64,000 nucleotides of DNA from Zootoca vivipara (GCF_963506605.1 NC_083276.1:82274001-82338000); one strand, 5' to 3'; numbered from the stretch's first letter, positions 35,755 through 49,247 are shown. Translations and numbers: made by a program. Notes: generated from the sequence alone by a model not told the origin.

Positions 35755-37696
35755 GACAGCATTCAGGGTCTTCCAGGGTCTCGGGAGGATGTCTGTAGCA
35801 TTTCTCCTTAAACAGGGAACAAACACAGTTTCTTCATGGTATGGAGATAGAAGCATAATTGTTAGGAATCCAGGCATGGCCACACCTTCATTAAGCAGCA
35901 TTTGGGCTAATGGCTTGGCATGGCTGGGAAATAGTTCCTCATTACCTAGGGATGTTTTGAATGCAGAAAACTATCACTTGAGGGCAGGTGTATGTGTTTG
36001 ATGGAACAATCACACTCCCACTCTAGGGTGGGGGCAGGTTTGCCATACCCTACTCCCTCATAAAAGAAAACTCAGGTTGGGTTTTCTTCTTCCTCAGCTG
36101 TGGTGAACGAGGCCAGTGTGGGGATGGCCCAGCTTATAAACCAGCTCCTCCCCAAACTGAATCAATCAGTCAATTATCAATCAATCAATTTATTACAGTC
36201 ACAGACCAGAACGGCCTCAAACTGTGTGGTACACACCCTTCCTGCCTTTGTACAGTGTGAACTTTGCTAGATGCTTGTTGAAGGGACTGAGTAGCAGTTC
36301 TTGGTAGAGCACTAAATTGGCCTGGGATTTGGCCTCGTTTTCACCTACTTTACTCTGCTGGGAGTTCCTTGTTTGGAGTGGAGTTCCTTCTTTGGTTTAA
36401 TCTGGCCTGTAGTCTAGGCAGCAAAGTGGAATTAAGATCTTTTTGAGTAAATTCCTGAGGCATTATGCAAGGCATTATGGTTAAATGCACTCCTCGGTCT
36501 GCTTCCATTGCAATTGCTTTGTGGGTTATTGAGGGTGTCATGTAGCGAATGTACTAGGGAGAACATCAAACCAGTGGGCTGTGATGCAATGTTTGGCTCA
36601 AAAACCCAAGGCCCTGGTAGCAAGGAGGAAGTGTTTCCTCAATATTTGCTGTGGGGTCATAGGTCGTACCTGACGATATGCCCAGGAGCAAGGAGGGATA
36701 TGATCTCTCCATCAATGAGGAACTTTCCTGCTTGGATTATTTGATTTGGTTGATCAGTTCAATTTTCTATTTGGTTATTGCAGATCCTCTTGTTGTTTTC
36801 ATATTTTAATAAATATAACATCCCCCCACTTTAGTATTGTGCCCTGAGTCTTCTTTTGGGGTACAATGGCAATAGGAGCATTTTTGGAACAGAAGATGGG
36901 GAATGGGAAACACAGGACAGAGAAGCAGAAACTCACCTTTGAGCTCTAGAAGCTCATTTGCATTGCAAGTGTCTCTGGTGATTGAAATGAAATTCTGCCC
37001 TGCTAGAAGGATGAAAGCTGCCTGCCTCCAGCTATGTTCTATTTGTATATTTCCACATATACTTTTTATTTTTTATCTTCTTTTTTTTAACAAAAAGTCA
37101 TAAGTTTTCAGTGGTCTCATCTCCCGAACTCAGGTAAGTGCTTCTGCTTGGAAGCTCTAACCATGTGAGGAAGTAGGGAGCATATAACAATATATAAACC
37201 ATCTCTATTTTGTCTTGATTAGCAAGCTTAGGAAGAATGTAGGCTCATGTTCATCTCAGCTTTCTGTCCCCTAGTTGTGCAGTACTGCAGTTATGGTTAA
37301 CATTATGGTCCATAGCCACTCAGATATCATTTGTATCATCTGGTTATTTGATGTAGGTGGATATGGCATGATCTAGTAAGACTCCACTTCTGGCTCCTCA
37401 TCCCCAATTCAGAACAAATCTTCATCTCTACATTATGTGCTGCAGGGGTTGCCAGCCTTTTTGAACCAATGGGTACATTTAAAATGTTGAGAGTTCTGGA
37501 GGCAATGGTAAAAAAAACAACTGTTATGGCATAAGACAAAATGGCTGTCATGGGGAGCGTAGCCAGAAACAGCAAAAGAGATATGGCTACCCCTCAACAA
37601 AGTTATGCTTATTATGGACAATCAGCTACTGCATGTTGTGTTGGTTTTGATTCTGGAAATCACACAATATTGGTTTTACATGTGTGTGTGTGTGTG

Positions 37697-37733
<37 letters not shown>

Positions 37734-39243
37734 GTCCCGTCGCTGTCTAATGGCAACAGGGGACATTCTTCAGTAGGAAAAATATACAGTATATACAATG
37801 TAGCCACACCAACACTCACTGTACATTTTGTCCCATAACTTTCATTTTTGGAGGGCTACAGACTTACTTTTTCAAGAAATAAAGTATGAAAGCTCAGAGA
37901 CAGCAGTGAACCCTTCGAAGGCATCATGGCTCCTGTACGTTCCAGGATGGCAAACTCTGATCTTCTGATTCATATTAGTTCAAAAGGCCATACCACTATA
38001 GTCTAATTAAACAGGAAAGGGGGCACATTTTCATTGTCAACAACAGCTGCCATGAATCCGATGGAGAGCAGTAATTTGACTCTCAGGGCTCTAGAGGACA
38101 ACAAGTGGAGCAGAAGAGCCATTCCAGAGACAATCTCCCTGGGCTCATAGATGAATATAAAGCCTTCTGCTTCATTCAGCTGCCGGTGCTCTTGGGAGTC
38201 TGTGGAATTGCCTCTTTCCTCATTCAGGTAGGTTTTACCAGCATCCATTGCCTATATTTGGGTGTGGGACATCTTATATCAATGGAGGCATTCAACCTAA
38301 CATCCATTGGACTCTATTTCTATAGCATGGTGTGTTGAGAAAGACTGCCACTGTGCAGTGGTCCCATCTGTTTCTGAAGTAGCTGCAGTTAGATGTGTCC
38401 ACCAACAGCAAGATTTAGCTTGGACCCTGATTCAGAACTGTGGGAAAACAACAGACCTCAGTCTGAAGTAGTTTGTAGAGTTGGCGATTCAGTCAGAAAA
38501 AATATACCTTTTAATTATTATTTTAGGGTAGGAATGGATGAGATTTGCAGGCAAAGTCATCTGCTAAAGAGGGCACAGAACCTGTCAAATTTTAGTGTGG
38601 TGTGGTTTTCCCTGCAGCTTTACTGTTTGAAAGTGGGTAAAAAATAATCAACCTCGTCTGGGTTTTTTGAGTAGTTGGTCTGAAATGACCGCTCCCCACA
38701 TCAAATGGGGAGCGCCTTTTGCCTGGTCGTGCGCAGCTCCCCAGATACCTCTGATGATCAGATGTTGGAGCTAAACAAGGCAGAATAGCATTCACACGCT
38801 TTTTTTAGGTCACATTCTAAATGCATCTGTTTGGCTAGTGTGAGAAAGAAAATACCGAACTAGATGGTGCTTTTTGTGTTCTTATTCTCTGTGTAGTCTC
38901 CTCCCTCATATAATACTAACCTTTTCCAAATTTATAAGTTTGTGCATGTGTGCATTTTAACTATGATTCTATTATTCATTCCCTTTTCATTCAGGTAGCA
39001 CAAAGTCTATTATGAAACAAAATGTGTTGTCTTCAAGCTAGTTCTGTTGTGTGTTAAAACAACGGAGATAAAAAGGACTCCAATATCCTCATTCGAATCA
39101 CACACAAAAGCAGAAGAGGTTTGAGACCACAGAATAAAACCAGAGAAGAATATTGCTTCACCAGCACATCAAATAATAAGTCTGCTTTCACATTCTTTGT
39201 GTGTATGTTCCTTTCGTTTTCAGAAGATATTATAAATGTGTGG

Positions 39244-40181
39244 ATGGCTGAAAGAAATAACACAATTGTATCTGACTTCATTCTTTTGGGTGTCACAAAT
39301 CGTAGAGAGCTGCAGTTTCCTCTTTTCATGGTGTTTTCAGTTGTTTACATTATCACCCTTCTGGGGAATCTGGGGATGATCACATTAATAAAGATGGACT
39401 CCCAACTCCACACTCCCATGTACTTCTTCCTCAGCAGCCTGTCCTTTATAGACCTCTGCTATTCCTCCAAGTCACACCTCGGATGCTGGCCAATTTTGTA
39501 GCAGACTATAAAGTCATTTCCTTTACTGGATGTTTGATACAGTGTTATCTCTTCATTGCACTGGTGCTTACGGAGTCCTTCATCCTGGCCATCATGGCAT
39601 ATGATAGGTATGTAGCCATCTGCAACCCGCTGCTCTATACCACAAAGATGTCATGGAAGGTTTGCATGTGGCTGGTGGCAGTTCCCTCTGCATATGCTTT
39701 CCTAGATGCCATGATACAGACCATATTCACCTTTCGCCTGACCTTCTGTGGCTCCCATGTCATCAACCACTTTTACTGTGCTGACCCACCTCTCATGAAA
39801 CTGTCCTGCTCTGACACCCATATCAAATTGACCCTGATGTTACTTTCTGCCAGTTTCAACCTCATCAGCTCCCTCGCTGTTATTCTGACTTCCTACACCT
39901 TCATCCTCTTCACTATTCTGAAAATTCGCAATGCCGGAGCGAGGTACAAAGCTTTCTCCACATGTGGCTCCCACCTGACAGCTGTCACCCTTTTCTATGG
40001 GACACTCTTCGTCATGTACATCAGACGTCCTTCTAGCCTGTCCATAGAACAGGGCAAAATAGTCTCTGTGTTCTATGCCGTGGTGATCCCTATGCTAAAT
40101 CCGTTGATCTACAGCCTAAGGAACAAGGAGGTCAAGGGTGCCTTGAAGAGATTATTGCAGAGGAAAGTGTTCTTGCATTAA
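39244..40181 (+). pseudogene. OR5M-like olfactory receptor with a single 1-bp frameshift (39470/39471)
   Basis: Reads TCC TCC AA- GTC ACA CCT CGG ATG where the paralog has TCC TCC AAT GTC...; restoring one T gives a complete OR with canonical motifs. Confidence 0.9.
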
Positions 40182-40804
40182 ATGTCTATTCGTTCACTAG
40201 TTATGAAATGAAAAGATCCATGAGGCAGATGTTTCCACCATATGGCAAAGAAGAGGGAATATGAAATTTTACAGCTTATGAATGTTTAATATGTGGTAGA
40301 TGAGTTCTTGCACCTTGCTGTCAGGTTTCTTCCTTCCCTCCCCACTTTTCTGATTCAATTTTGGTTGTTGGTTTCTATCTCCATAAAATATTGACAGTAT
40401 GCCCCAAATATAACATAGTATGTCTCACTCATCATCAGCATCTAATTTTCAGATCCACCAGTTCTTCAAAACTGAAACAGGGTGATTGGGTGGACGTATT
40501 GCTTACACACTGCAATGGCACCTAATGGGTGGGTGAAAGGCTCTTTGCAGCCTCTTCTGAAACTTCTGACTTACATTTTAACCCTCAAATTGTGAATCTC
40601 CTGGGGAAAAGGAGAAACTTGGAGTCAGCCCCTGGTATGGAATCCTCCTTACACCTGCAAGGAAACAGTGATGCTCAAAGTCTAGCCTGGTGTCTTTTTC
40701 TCCATGAGCCCCTAACTTCATGAGACCATCAACTACAATGAAGAAATGAGTATCTTTATCCTATCGGTGTTACTTCTCATCAATAATTTATCATTTTGGT
40801 TGTA

Positions 40805-41051
40805 CAGTGGTACCTCTACTTACGTTACGTTCTGAACGCACATTCGTAAGTCGAAAAAAATTGTAAGAATTTGTAAGTCGAATCCCATAGGTATGCATTG
40901 GGAGAAAAAATTCGTAAGTCGAAGCAACCCTATCTAAAAATTCATAAGTAGAAAAAATCCTATCTAAACCGCATCCAAGATGGCGGACGGAGATCCGTTC
41001 GTAAGTAGAAACATTCGTAAGTAGAGTTATTCGTAAGTAGAGGTACCACTG
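40805..41051. mobile_element. Tc1/mariner-type MITE
   Basis: TIRs CAGTGGTACCTCTACTTACG / CGTAAGTAGAGGTACCACTG; TA TSD. Confidence 0.88.
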
Positions 41052-41842
41052 TATATACACTAATCTTTATTTGGCTCTCCAAGAAATTCATCTCATGGTG
41101 TTAATGTGAGGTGGTATTAATGTTACAATTGGCTGATTAGATTTTACAATGTTCAGGGAGGGCAGACAGCTTTTCCCTTTCCATGGTCTTATGAAAAGAA
41201 TGCTCCTTCTATTCATGTGGATATAGAGTTTCCCTCCGCCCCACCCACAGACCATTTGTTTGCACCACAAGTTCCTTAGTCTTTCTGAGGATGCTTGTTT
41301 AGGAATGATAGGGGCTGGAGTGGGAGGGAGTAGTTGGGGATGTGGAATTTGTAATAGAACACACACGTTATATTTTAGTGATGGCCCTGGGCCTGTATAT
41401 CATTATGGAATTCCTCTTTTGTCGTGGCTGATGTCTATAGTGTTTCACTGAAGGTACAAGGCTTAGATGATGTAATCAAGCAATGGAGGAACTCTGAGTA
41501 CATTAGGAGGCAGAAGCCCTATATTGGTTTGTTTTTTCCTGCAGGAGACACATGATGCATCTACAAGCAGTAGCCTCTTATCCTACTCATACCTTAGCAA
41601 ACATTATATGGCTCCAGGTAATAAGCAGTCCAGAGGTGTTACTAAAACCATGTCCTAATCTCATGTTCCCCAGTTACCTAAGTACTGTGGACCCCATATT
41701 TTTCAAAAGCCAAGCCACAGACCTCCTACTTTTGAAAACTGTGATATCTTTATGGTAGTTGTTGTTATGTGAATGGTGCCACGGACCCCCTGGGTGGGTT
41801 ACATGGACCCCTTGGGTCTGCGGACTACCATCTGGGAACCAC

Positions 41843-42322
41843 AGTTCAAGAAGGATACTGATGAGCTGGAACGTGTCCAGAGGAGGGCAACCAAAATGGT
41901 CAAAGGCCTGGGAACAGTGCCTTATGAGGAACGGCTTAGGGAGCTGGGTATGTTTAGCCTGGAGAAGAGAAGGTTAAGGGGTGATATGATAGCCATGTTC
42001 AAATATATAAAAGGATGTCATATAGAGGAGCGAGAAAGGTTGTTTTCTGCTGCTCCAGAGAAGTGGACACAGAGCAATGGATTCAAGCTAGAAGAAAGAA
42101 GATTCCACCTAAACATTAGGAAGAACTTCCTGACAGTAAGAGCTGTTCAGCAGTGGAATTTGCTGCCAAGGAGTGTCATGGAGTCTCCTTCTTTGGAGGT
42201 CTTTAAGCAGAGGCTTGATAGCCATCTGTCAGGAATGCTTTGATGGTGTTTCCTGCTTGGCAGGGGGTTGGACTGGATGGCCCTAGTGGTGTCTTCCAAC
42301 TCTATGATTCTATTATTCTAAT
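41843..42322 (+). mobile_element. CR1 LINE 3' fragment
   Basis: ORF LERVQRRATKMVKGL...YEERLRELGMFSLEKRRLRGD; ATTCTATG-like tail; 10-bp TSD tgggaaccac. Confidence 0.92.
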
Positions 42323-43006
42323 TGGGAACCACTGTCCCAATCGTTTAATTTTCAGGACCTATGGGGAAGGGTTTTATGTGTTGCTGGAATGTTAGGTACC
42401 CCCACTCTCTTATTTGCATCGGTTTAAACACTGGTTCTGTTTTACAAACACAATGGAAACCATTTGTTAGGCAATTGTTTGCATAACAAGTCAATGATTT
42501 TCACTGATTCCTATTAGAAAAATTCTAATACACTTTTGACTATGCAATCTGTAGTGCATATAGTGAGGCATGGGTACTAATTCATTTGTTCAGATAAGTG
42601 AATTTTCGCATAGCAAGCGTTTGTAAAATGGGACCTGAGTGTTATCTTCAAAACAATTTTTGCAGGCAATTTGAATGCTATCTGTAGTAAGCATTTGGAT
42701 AGACTTCCCAATGTGTCTCTTGGCAGCTATTCTGGAAATAAATGTATATTTCCACTCTTAAACAGATACAATCTAAAAATGGATGGTGTCAGATAAATCA
42801 GGGAGCAAGCTTTCACACATATTTATCTCTGAAATTTCATTCTTATTCAGGAATGAATTTTCTTTTTGATCTCTGTCTCCCTAATTTTGATTTTATTGAA
42901 CATAGAACCCATGACTCTATCTGATCACTCCCCTATAAGGCCTCTTTACAAATACAGGGCCCCATTATCCCTGACTCAATATGGTGGTTGCATACATTCC
43001 TGCTGT

Positions 43007-43465
43007 TGTTGTTGTTTAGTCGTTTAGTCGTGTCCGACTCTTCGTGACCCCATGGACCATAGCACGCCAGGCACTCCTGTCTTGCACTGCCTCCCGCAGT
43101 TTGGTCAAACTCATGTTCGTAGCTTTGAGAACACTGTCCAACCATCTTGTCCTCTGTCGTCCCCTTCTCCTAGTGCCCTCAATCTTTCCCAACATCAGGG
43201 TCTTTTCCAGGGAGTCTTCCCTTCTCATGAGGTGGCCAAAGTATTGGAGCCTCAGATTCACGACCTGTCCTTCCAGGGAGCACTCAGGGCTGATTTCCTT
43301 AAGAATGGATAGGTTTGATCTTCTTGCAGTCCATGGGACTCTCAAGAGTCTCCTCCATCACCATAATTCAAAAGCATCAATTCTTCGGCGACCAGCCTTC
43401 TTTATGGTCCAGCTCTCACTTCCATACATCACTACTGGGAAAACCATAGCTTTAACTATACGAAC
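43007..43465 (-). mobile_element. BovB LINE 3' fragment
   Basis: BovB ORF C-terminus and (CAA)n tail; 13-bp TSD acattcctgctgt at 42994-43006 and 43716-43728. Confidence 0.92.
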
Positions 43466-43470
43466 ATTTA

Positions 43471-43704
43471 CCGTGTTTCTCATATTATAAGACACGTCTT
43501 ATATTTATTTTTTCCTCAAAAAAACACACTATGGCTTATTTTCAAGGGATGTCTTATTTTTTTCCTCCTCCTCCTGCTGCAGCCGGCATTGCTACTGCGC
43601 CTATCACTATGTCTTATTTTCGGGGTATGGCTTATATTCCTTGAATGCTTAAAAATCCTGTATGGCTTATTTTATGGGTATGTCTTAAAATATGAGAAAC
43701 AGGG
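43471..43704. mobile_element. Tc1/mariner-type MITE
   Basis: TIRs CCGTGTTTCTCATATTATAAGACA / TGTCTTAAAATATGAGAAACAGGG (22 of 24), TA on both sides. Confidence 0.8.
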
Positions 43705-43969
43705 TAACTATACGAACATTCCTGCTGTACCACAAGATATTGCAGAGGCAATCCAAATGGCTATAACAAATTACTTTGCTGACAATGTGTAAAGGTGGTG
43801 TTTCTGCTTTGCAGTAACACCTGTCACAGCCAGCGTGGTATTTACAGTCTTTATTACATATATACAAGAAACAGCTACAGTTCAGAATTACGTGTCCAAA
43901 CCCATTGAGTCAGATTCGGGGAGTGGCTTCCTACGATTCCCGCGCCAACAAAGTAGACGTGGGAATCAC

Positions 43970-44215
43970 ACGAGACTGTCTGGAAATGACCATCCACGTA
44001 GTACCACAACCACTGCAAAGTGGTGCTACTCACCCCTAACTTGGACAGCTGCTCCAGAAGTATACCATGGTCAAAGGCATTGAAAGCCACTGAGAGGTTA
44101 AGGAGAACTGACAGGGACACATGTCCCCTGTCTATCTCCTGACAGAAGTCATAATCCAGGGCAACCAAAGCAGTTCCTGTGTCAGAAGTGGGCCTAAACC
44201 CTTATTGAAATGGAT
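43970..44215 (-). mobile_element. L2 LINE RT fragment
   Basis: ORF DRGHVSLSVLLNLSVAFNAFDHGILLEQL resembles the degenerate L2 LLDLSAAFDTIDH motif. Confidence 0.7.
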
Positions 44216-44562
44216 TTCATTTCAAAAGAAATGATCAAAATCTATTAAATGTACACTTTAAGATAAAATATATTTAGAGGCACACATTTGACTGAACATT
44301 TTCTTGCAGATTTTTGAGAAGAAATCTATTAGTATATTAATGGGGAAAGGGAATTAAACGGCATTTTGAGTGAGCACATGTGGAAGTGACATAGACCAGG
44401 AAGAGATTGGTTTTTCTACCCATCCCTACATTGAGGCTCTTCCGTCTTGTCTCCTGTGTTGCTTTCTAGCACCACCTCCTTTTGGCCACTCCAGGCATAC
44501 ACACAACACCTTCCATTCTTTGCTTGAATAAAATACATTAGGAATAATGTTCTAAATATCCA

Positions 44563-45507
44563 TCAGTGGACAACCACTATTCTTTCTGTTGTTCTCTTCA
44601 GAGCATCTTTCACCTCCTTGTTTCTCAGGCTATAGATCAGAGGATTGAGCATAGGAATCACCAGTGTGTAGAAAACGGAAGCTATTTTATCCGTTGCTAG
44701 AGAGTGGTTTGTACTAGGTTGCAAATACATAAAGATCAGAGTTCCATAGAAGATGGTGACAGCAGTCAAGTGAGAAGCACATGTGGAGAAGGCTTTGAGT
44801 CGTCCCTGAGCAGAGCTGATTCTCAGAATGGCCGAGAGGATAAACGTATAGGAGATGAGAACAATGAGAAGGGAGCACAGCATATCAAAGCCAGCAAAAG
44901 CGTAGATCAGTATCTGCTTGGTGCTGGTGTCAGAGCAGGAAAGCGCTAACAGCGGGAGGTCATCGCAGTAGAAATGGTTGATCACATTAGCGGAGCAGAA
45001 GGACAAACGAAATGTAACGATGGTGTGGAACAAGGCAACACAGAAGCTGTATGCATAAGGGCCAGCTGCCAGCTGGAGGCAGACTCTCTGGGACATGACG
45101 GTCCGATAAAGCAGTGGGTTGCAGATGGCCACGTAACGGTCATATGCCATCACCGCCAGGAGAAAGCACTCTGTGATCATGAAAGTAAGGAAGCAGCCCA
45201 GCTGTGCTGCGCATGCATAGTATGAGATGGTTTTCTTAGCTGCTAAGAAGTTTGCCAGCATCTTAGGGGCAATGACAGAGGAATAGCAGAGGTCAACAAA
45301 AGCCAAGTGGCTGAGGAAGAAGTACATGGGGTTATGGAGGTGGCTATCAGTCCGGATTAGAAGGATGATCCCCAGATTGCCCATCACAGTGATAATGTAG
45401 ATCAGGAGGAAGATGACAAAGAGGGGGACTTGTAGGTCCGAGCGGTCGGTGAGTCCAAACAGAATGAACTCCTTCACTGTGGTCACGGTGTGATTGACAT
45501 CTGCCAT
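44563..45507 (-). CDS. OR5R1: OR5R1/OR8U3-like olfactory receptor, intact 314 aa
   Basis: Canonical motifs; [32 protein letters not shown] and [16 protein letters not shown] match recalled OR5R1 (OR8U subfamily); candidate acceptor at 45527 and donor at 46094. Confidence 0.9.
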   Translation of the reverse strand: MADVNHTVTTVKEFILFGLTDRSDLQVPLFVIFLLIYIITVMGNLGIILLIRTDSHLHNPMYFFLSHLAFVDLCYSSVIAPKMLANFLAAKKTISYYACAAQLGCFLTFMITECFLLAVMAYDRYVAICNPLLYRTVMSQRVCLQLAAGPYAYSFCVALFHTIVTFRLSFCSANVINHFYCDDLPLLALSCSDTSTKQILIYAFAGFDMLCSLLIVLISYTFILSAILRISSAQGRLKAFSTCASHLTAVTIFYGTLIFMYLQPSTNHSLATDKIASVFYTLVIPMLNPLIYSLRNKEVKDALKRTTERIVVVH

Positions 45508-46256
45508 TTATTCCGCATCAGATCATCTGATAAACAGGGCATGATTAAATCAGGGGATAATTTCACTTATCTCTGACAGGCAGAAAACATACAGTAGTGT
45601 TATCTCAGCATATGTGGATGGTAATTTTTTCTGGTGGGTACTTAAAAAAAAATACTGCCTTGTTCCTGCAGGTGTTCTATTTTCAGTTCTGATGTAGTGA
45701 ACATTGTCATGCAATCACAATGTCGTCACCACCTGAAATTATTCTTTAGGAAATGTTACGTGTTTCTGATCTGCATGACCACCACCACCCCAACCCAAAG
45801 AGTTTGCCTGGGTTCAGAAAGCATTTCTTGACCTTCTTACAAGATAAACCCCATGACTGAACATGGGAAGATTAAACTCTGTCTCCTTACAGATTGTTTT
45901 TTTTTTGTCATTTGGGGTCAGGAAGGCATTAGAAATGCTGTATGAAATGCTGCCCATTTTGATACATTTCTGTATTTCCTGCTTAGAATTAAGGTGTGTT
46001 ATATATCCATTGTACACAGCAGGGAAATATTCAAACGTAAAAACACCATACAGCAAAAGTGATCAGGGTGGGGGAGTGGTGGCACTTGCCTTACCTTCTG
46101 TGACTGGTGTTGCTGTGGGTTACTGGGAGAGGTGAGGTGGTGAGGAGGTTGGTGTGGTGCAAACACAGCAATCTGGTGCTCCTGTTGGTGAATTTATATC
46201 TTGGCAACCTCTCCTTCTTAGTAAGCTGCACTGATGTCAGTGATGAGAGGTCATGG

Positions 46257-46589
46257 AAGAAGAAGAAGAAGAAGAAGAAGAAGAAGAAGAAGAAGAAGAA
46301 GAAGAAGAAGAAGAAGAAGAAGAAGAAGAAGAAGAAGAAGAAGAGGAGGAGTTTGGATTTGATATTCCGCTTTATCACTACCCGAAGAAGTCTCAAAGCG
46401 GCTAACATTCTCCTTTCCCTTCCTCTCCCACAACAAACACTCTGCGAGATGAGTGAGGCCGAGAGACTTCAGAGAAATGTAACTAGCCCAAGGTCACCCA
46501 GCAGCTGCATGTGGAGGAGTGAGGCGGGGAAGCGAACCCGGTTCACCAGATTACCAGTCTACCGCTCTTAACCGCTACACCACACTGGT
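46257..46589 (-). mobile_element. MIR/CORE-like squamate SINE (Squam3-type) with (AAG)29 tail on plus
   Basis: Same family as the 23529-23820 copy; (AAG)29 at 46257-46343. Confidence 0.75.
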
Positions 46590-48155
46590 GCCACCCCTCC
46601 TCCCCACCAACCATTATGGCCATGCAGGTACACTGAAGAGACTAAATTGGTTGCAGCAACCTTTTGAGTGCACAGGTGACAAAATTGGACGTGCTGCTAC
46701 ATAAAGTGTGAAATGGTCTGTAGCAGCACCTTATTCTTGCCAGCGGGGCAGCTTTTTCAAACTGCCTTTCTAACAAAACTGATACCACATGAACACCACC
46801 TCCCAATCAGGTTTTTGCTCGAACCATAACAGACCTGACACTTTTATGAAGAATCTCTAGGCAAGTAGATCCTTGGCCATATTGTTAGGGGATGCTTGAG
46901 AAATTTCATCTTTTGTGACTTGCTCTGAATTTCTTAGACGGGATAATGTTTGCACTTCACTGAATTTCGCAAGACTGCTCTCTGCAACTTAAGGGTATCA
47001 TACATAGTACATTTAGAAACACACACGAGAGAGAGAGAGAGAGAAGAGAGAAGAGAGAGAGAGAGAGAGAGAAGAAAGAGAGAGAGAGAATACATATACT
47101 AATACACACCAACACATATATAAATGCATTTTTGTGTGGAGTTTCGTTTAAAAGGAAATGGCTGATTAATGAGGACCTATGGAACAGATTTATGGATGAC
47201 ACAAATGAGAAACAGATTGGTTCTTCCATCTCCATATATATCATACTTCTATTCTTATTTCCTGGACAAATCCCGTTTTTCACCATAAGGGTTACTATTC
47301 CACCCTGCGTTGCTCAATGTCTGAAGGATGTACCTAATCTACATATATGAAAATGTTAAATACTAAGATCTCGTATAAAAAATGCACATTCACTCCCAAA
47401 GTGCCTGAATAAATATAGTTATGAACTGAGCAATACTTTGCACTTGTCACTCTTCCTGCAAAGGTAAAATTCACCCTCCCTGGAAGAAAGGTGAGCAAAG
47501 TTGTGCGTGAAGAATGTGACAGTGTCCATCTTTTGCCACCACTAACCATGCTGAAACACTTCTGCACTGATTGTTTCCCCACCTCATGGAAAAAATATAC
47601 TCTCCTCTACCGTTCCAACAGGATACACATTTTTTTAAACATGGAAATTATCCCCTTGTATAACAATGCTAAGTGAGTTGGTTCTTGGTTAAAGTAGTCA
47701 GCTGCCCAACCTACCAGAGTGTCCATTTCCTTGTTCTTTTATGCTCTGAATGGGTCCCCTTGACTGCTTTCAAGCTCTTTATGTGTGCCTGTAGGAGTTC
47801 TGATCCTTAGGGATATCTCCAAATGAGCTGCTGATATAAATAAACATGTGCCATGTAAATGAGCTTCTTTGCATGATAGAATCCTCTTCTTACCAACTGG
47901 TAAGTGCAGGATTCAATCCTGCATGGCATTGCTCCTTCCCAAGGGGTTTCCCTTAAGGGCAGGTGCTTGCAAATAAGCAGCACTGAGCACAATGGAATGT
48001 TTTGCTTATCAGATGGTAAGTGCAGGATTCAACCCTGCATATTGCACTCACAAACATGCAGGACCTTTCATTCAGTCAGGAGAGGGGAAAAGGAGATGCA
48101 GCTTATCTCCCCTGCCCAACCATATGTTTACATAAGTTTTTAAAAATCCTAAGTA

Positions 48156-48716
48156 CAGGGCCGTCTTTAGCACCGGGGCGCAAAGATCCGCCCAGCACCC
48201 CCAAATTTAGTTTAGCTTCTCCCAAATTAACTTTTATTGAGCTTTTCTTGGGACGGGGGAAGCCAAAGTTGTTGACCTTTGGGGGGGGGTTGAACTCAAA
48301 GTTGTTGAACTTTTTTGGGGAGGGGGGAAATCGCTCAGCTATAACAACCTTTTCACTGCCACTGATCAAGAGGGACTGGTATACAGTAGGTACAGTCATA
48401 CCTCGGTTTACGACCGCAATTTGTTCTGGGGAGCCGGCCGCTCCCCGAGTACATCGTAAATGAAGCAGCTCTTCTGCGCGTGCGCGAAGAGCTGATAGAG
48501 CACTTCTGCACATGCGTGCACTGTGCAGATCGCTTCTGCACATCCGCGTGCCGCGGAACCCGGATGTAAACACTTCTGGGTCCACGGCTGTCGCAAACTG
48601 ATCAGTCGCAAACCACGGCGGTCATAAACCGAGGTATGACTGTATATATTTGGTGCCCCCCAGAATTAGGTGCCTAGGTGCCTCACATCCCTTGCAGCCC
48701 CTTAAAGAAAGCCCTC
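48156..48716. mobile_element. hAT MITE containing a nested mariner-type MITE
   Basis: CAGGGCCGTCTTTA left end, degenerate right end; 8-bp TSD cctaagta. Confidence 0.75.
48393..48642. mobile_element. Tc1/mariner-type MITE
   Basis: TIRs CAGTCATACCTCGGTTTA / TAAACCGAGGTATGACTG; TA TSD. Confidence 0.85.
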
Positions 48717-49193
48717 CCTAAGTAGCCCTGCCCCTGAATCAGAGGCACCAGCTTGCAAGGCCAGTGTTGCATGTGTGACATATGTGTGATGTCAAGAGGT
48801 CAGGGGCGGAGCCAAACATGGTGACCATGCAGCTTCAGTGGCTGGTGGCTTCTCCTCCACTTCCTCTTGGTACCACCACTGATGGGAGGCTGCTTCGACC
48901 CTCTTTCCCCTCTGCAACAGCAGCAGGAGGAGAATGAGTCGACCGCTGGAGTCGTGCAACACTCGTCTCTGTGCTTCACCTCTCCTCTTTTTGGACATTG
49001 GGGGAAGCCCAATATAGGGAGGGCAAAAGGGCTCAGCCCCCAGGAGCTTGCACCGCTGGCTTGAATTGATAAGGGACCAGATTTTGGGTGGATGACCCTT
49101 TGGCAGGTCTGCCAAATCCAGGGAATCTGGATTAGGGCCCTGGTGCAGATTCAGAGTTTGTGCGAGTCTGTGCACACCCCTAATATATGGCTG

Positions 49194-49196
49194 AAA

Positions 49197-49247
<51 letters not shown>

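Noticed and set aside
37681-37731. (TG)n(CG)n(CA)n self-complementary tract
   Set aside because: Compound microsatellite within a degraded repeat; no evidence of function
46091-46571. Poly-Lys, poly-Phe and poly-Leu ORFs
   Set aside because: Translations of the (AAG)29 microsatellite plus SINE sequence
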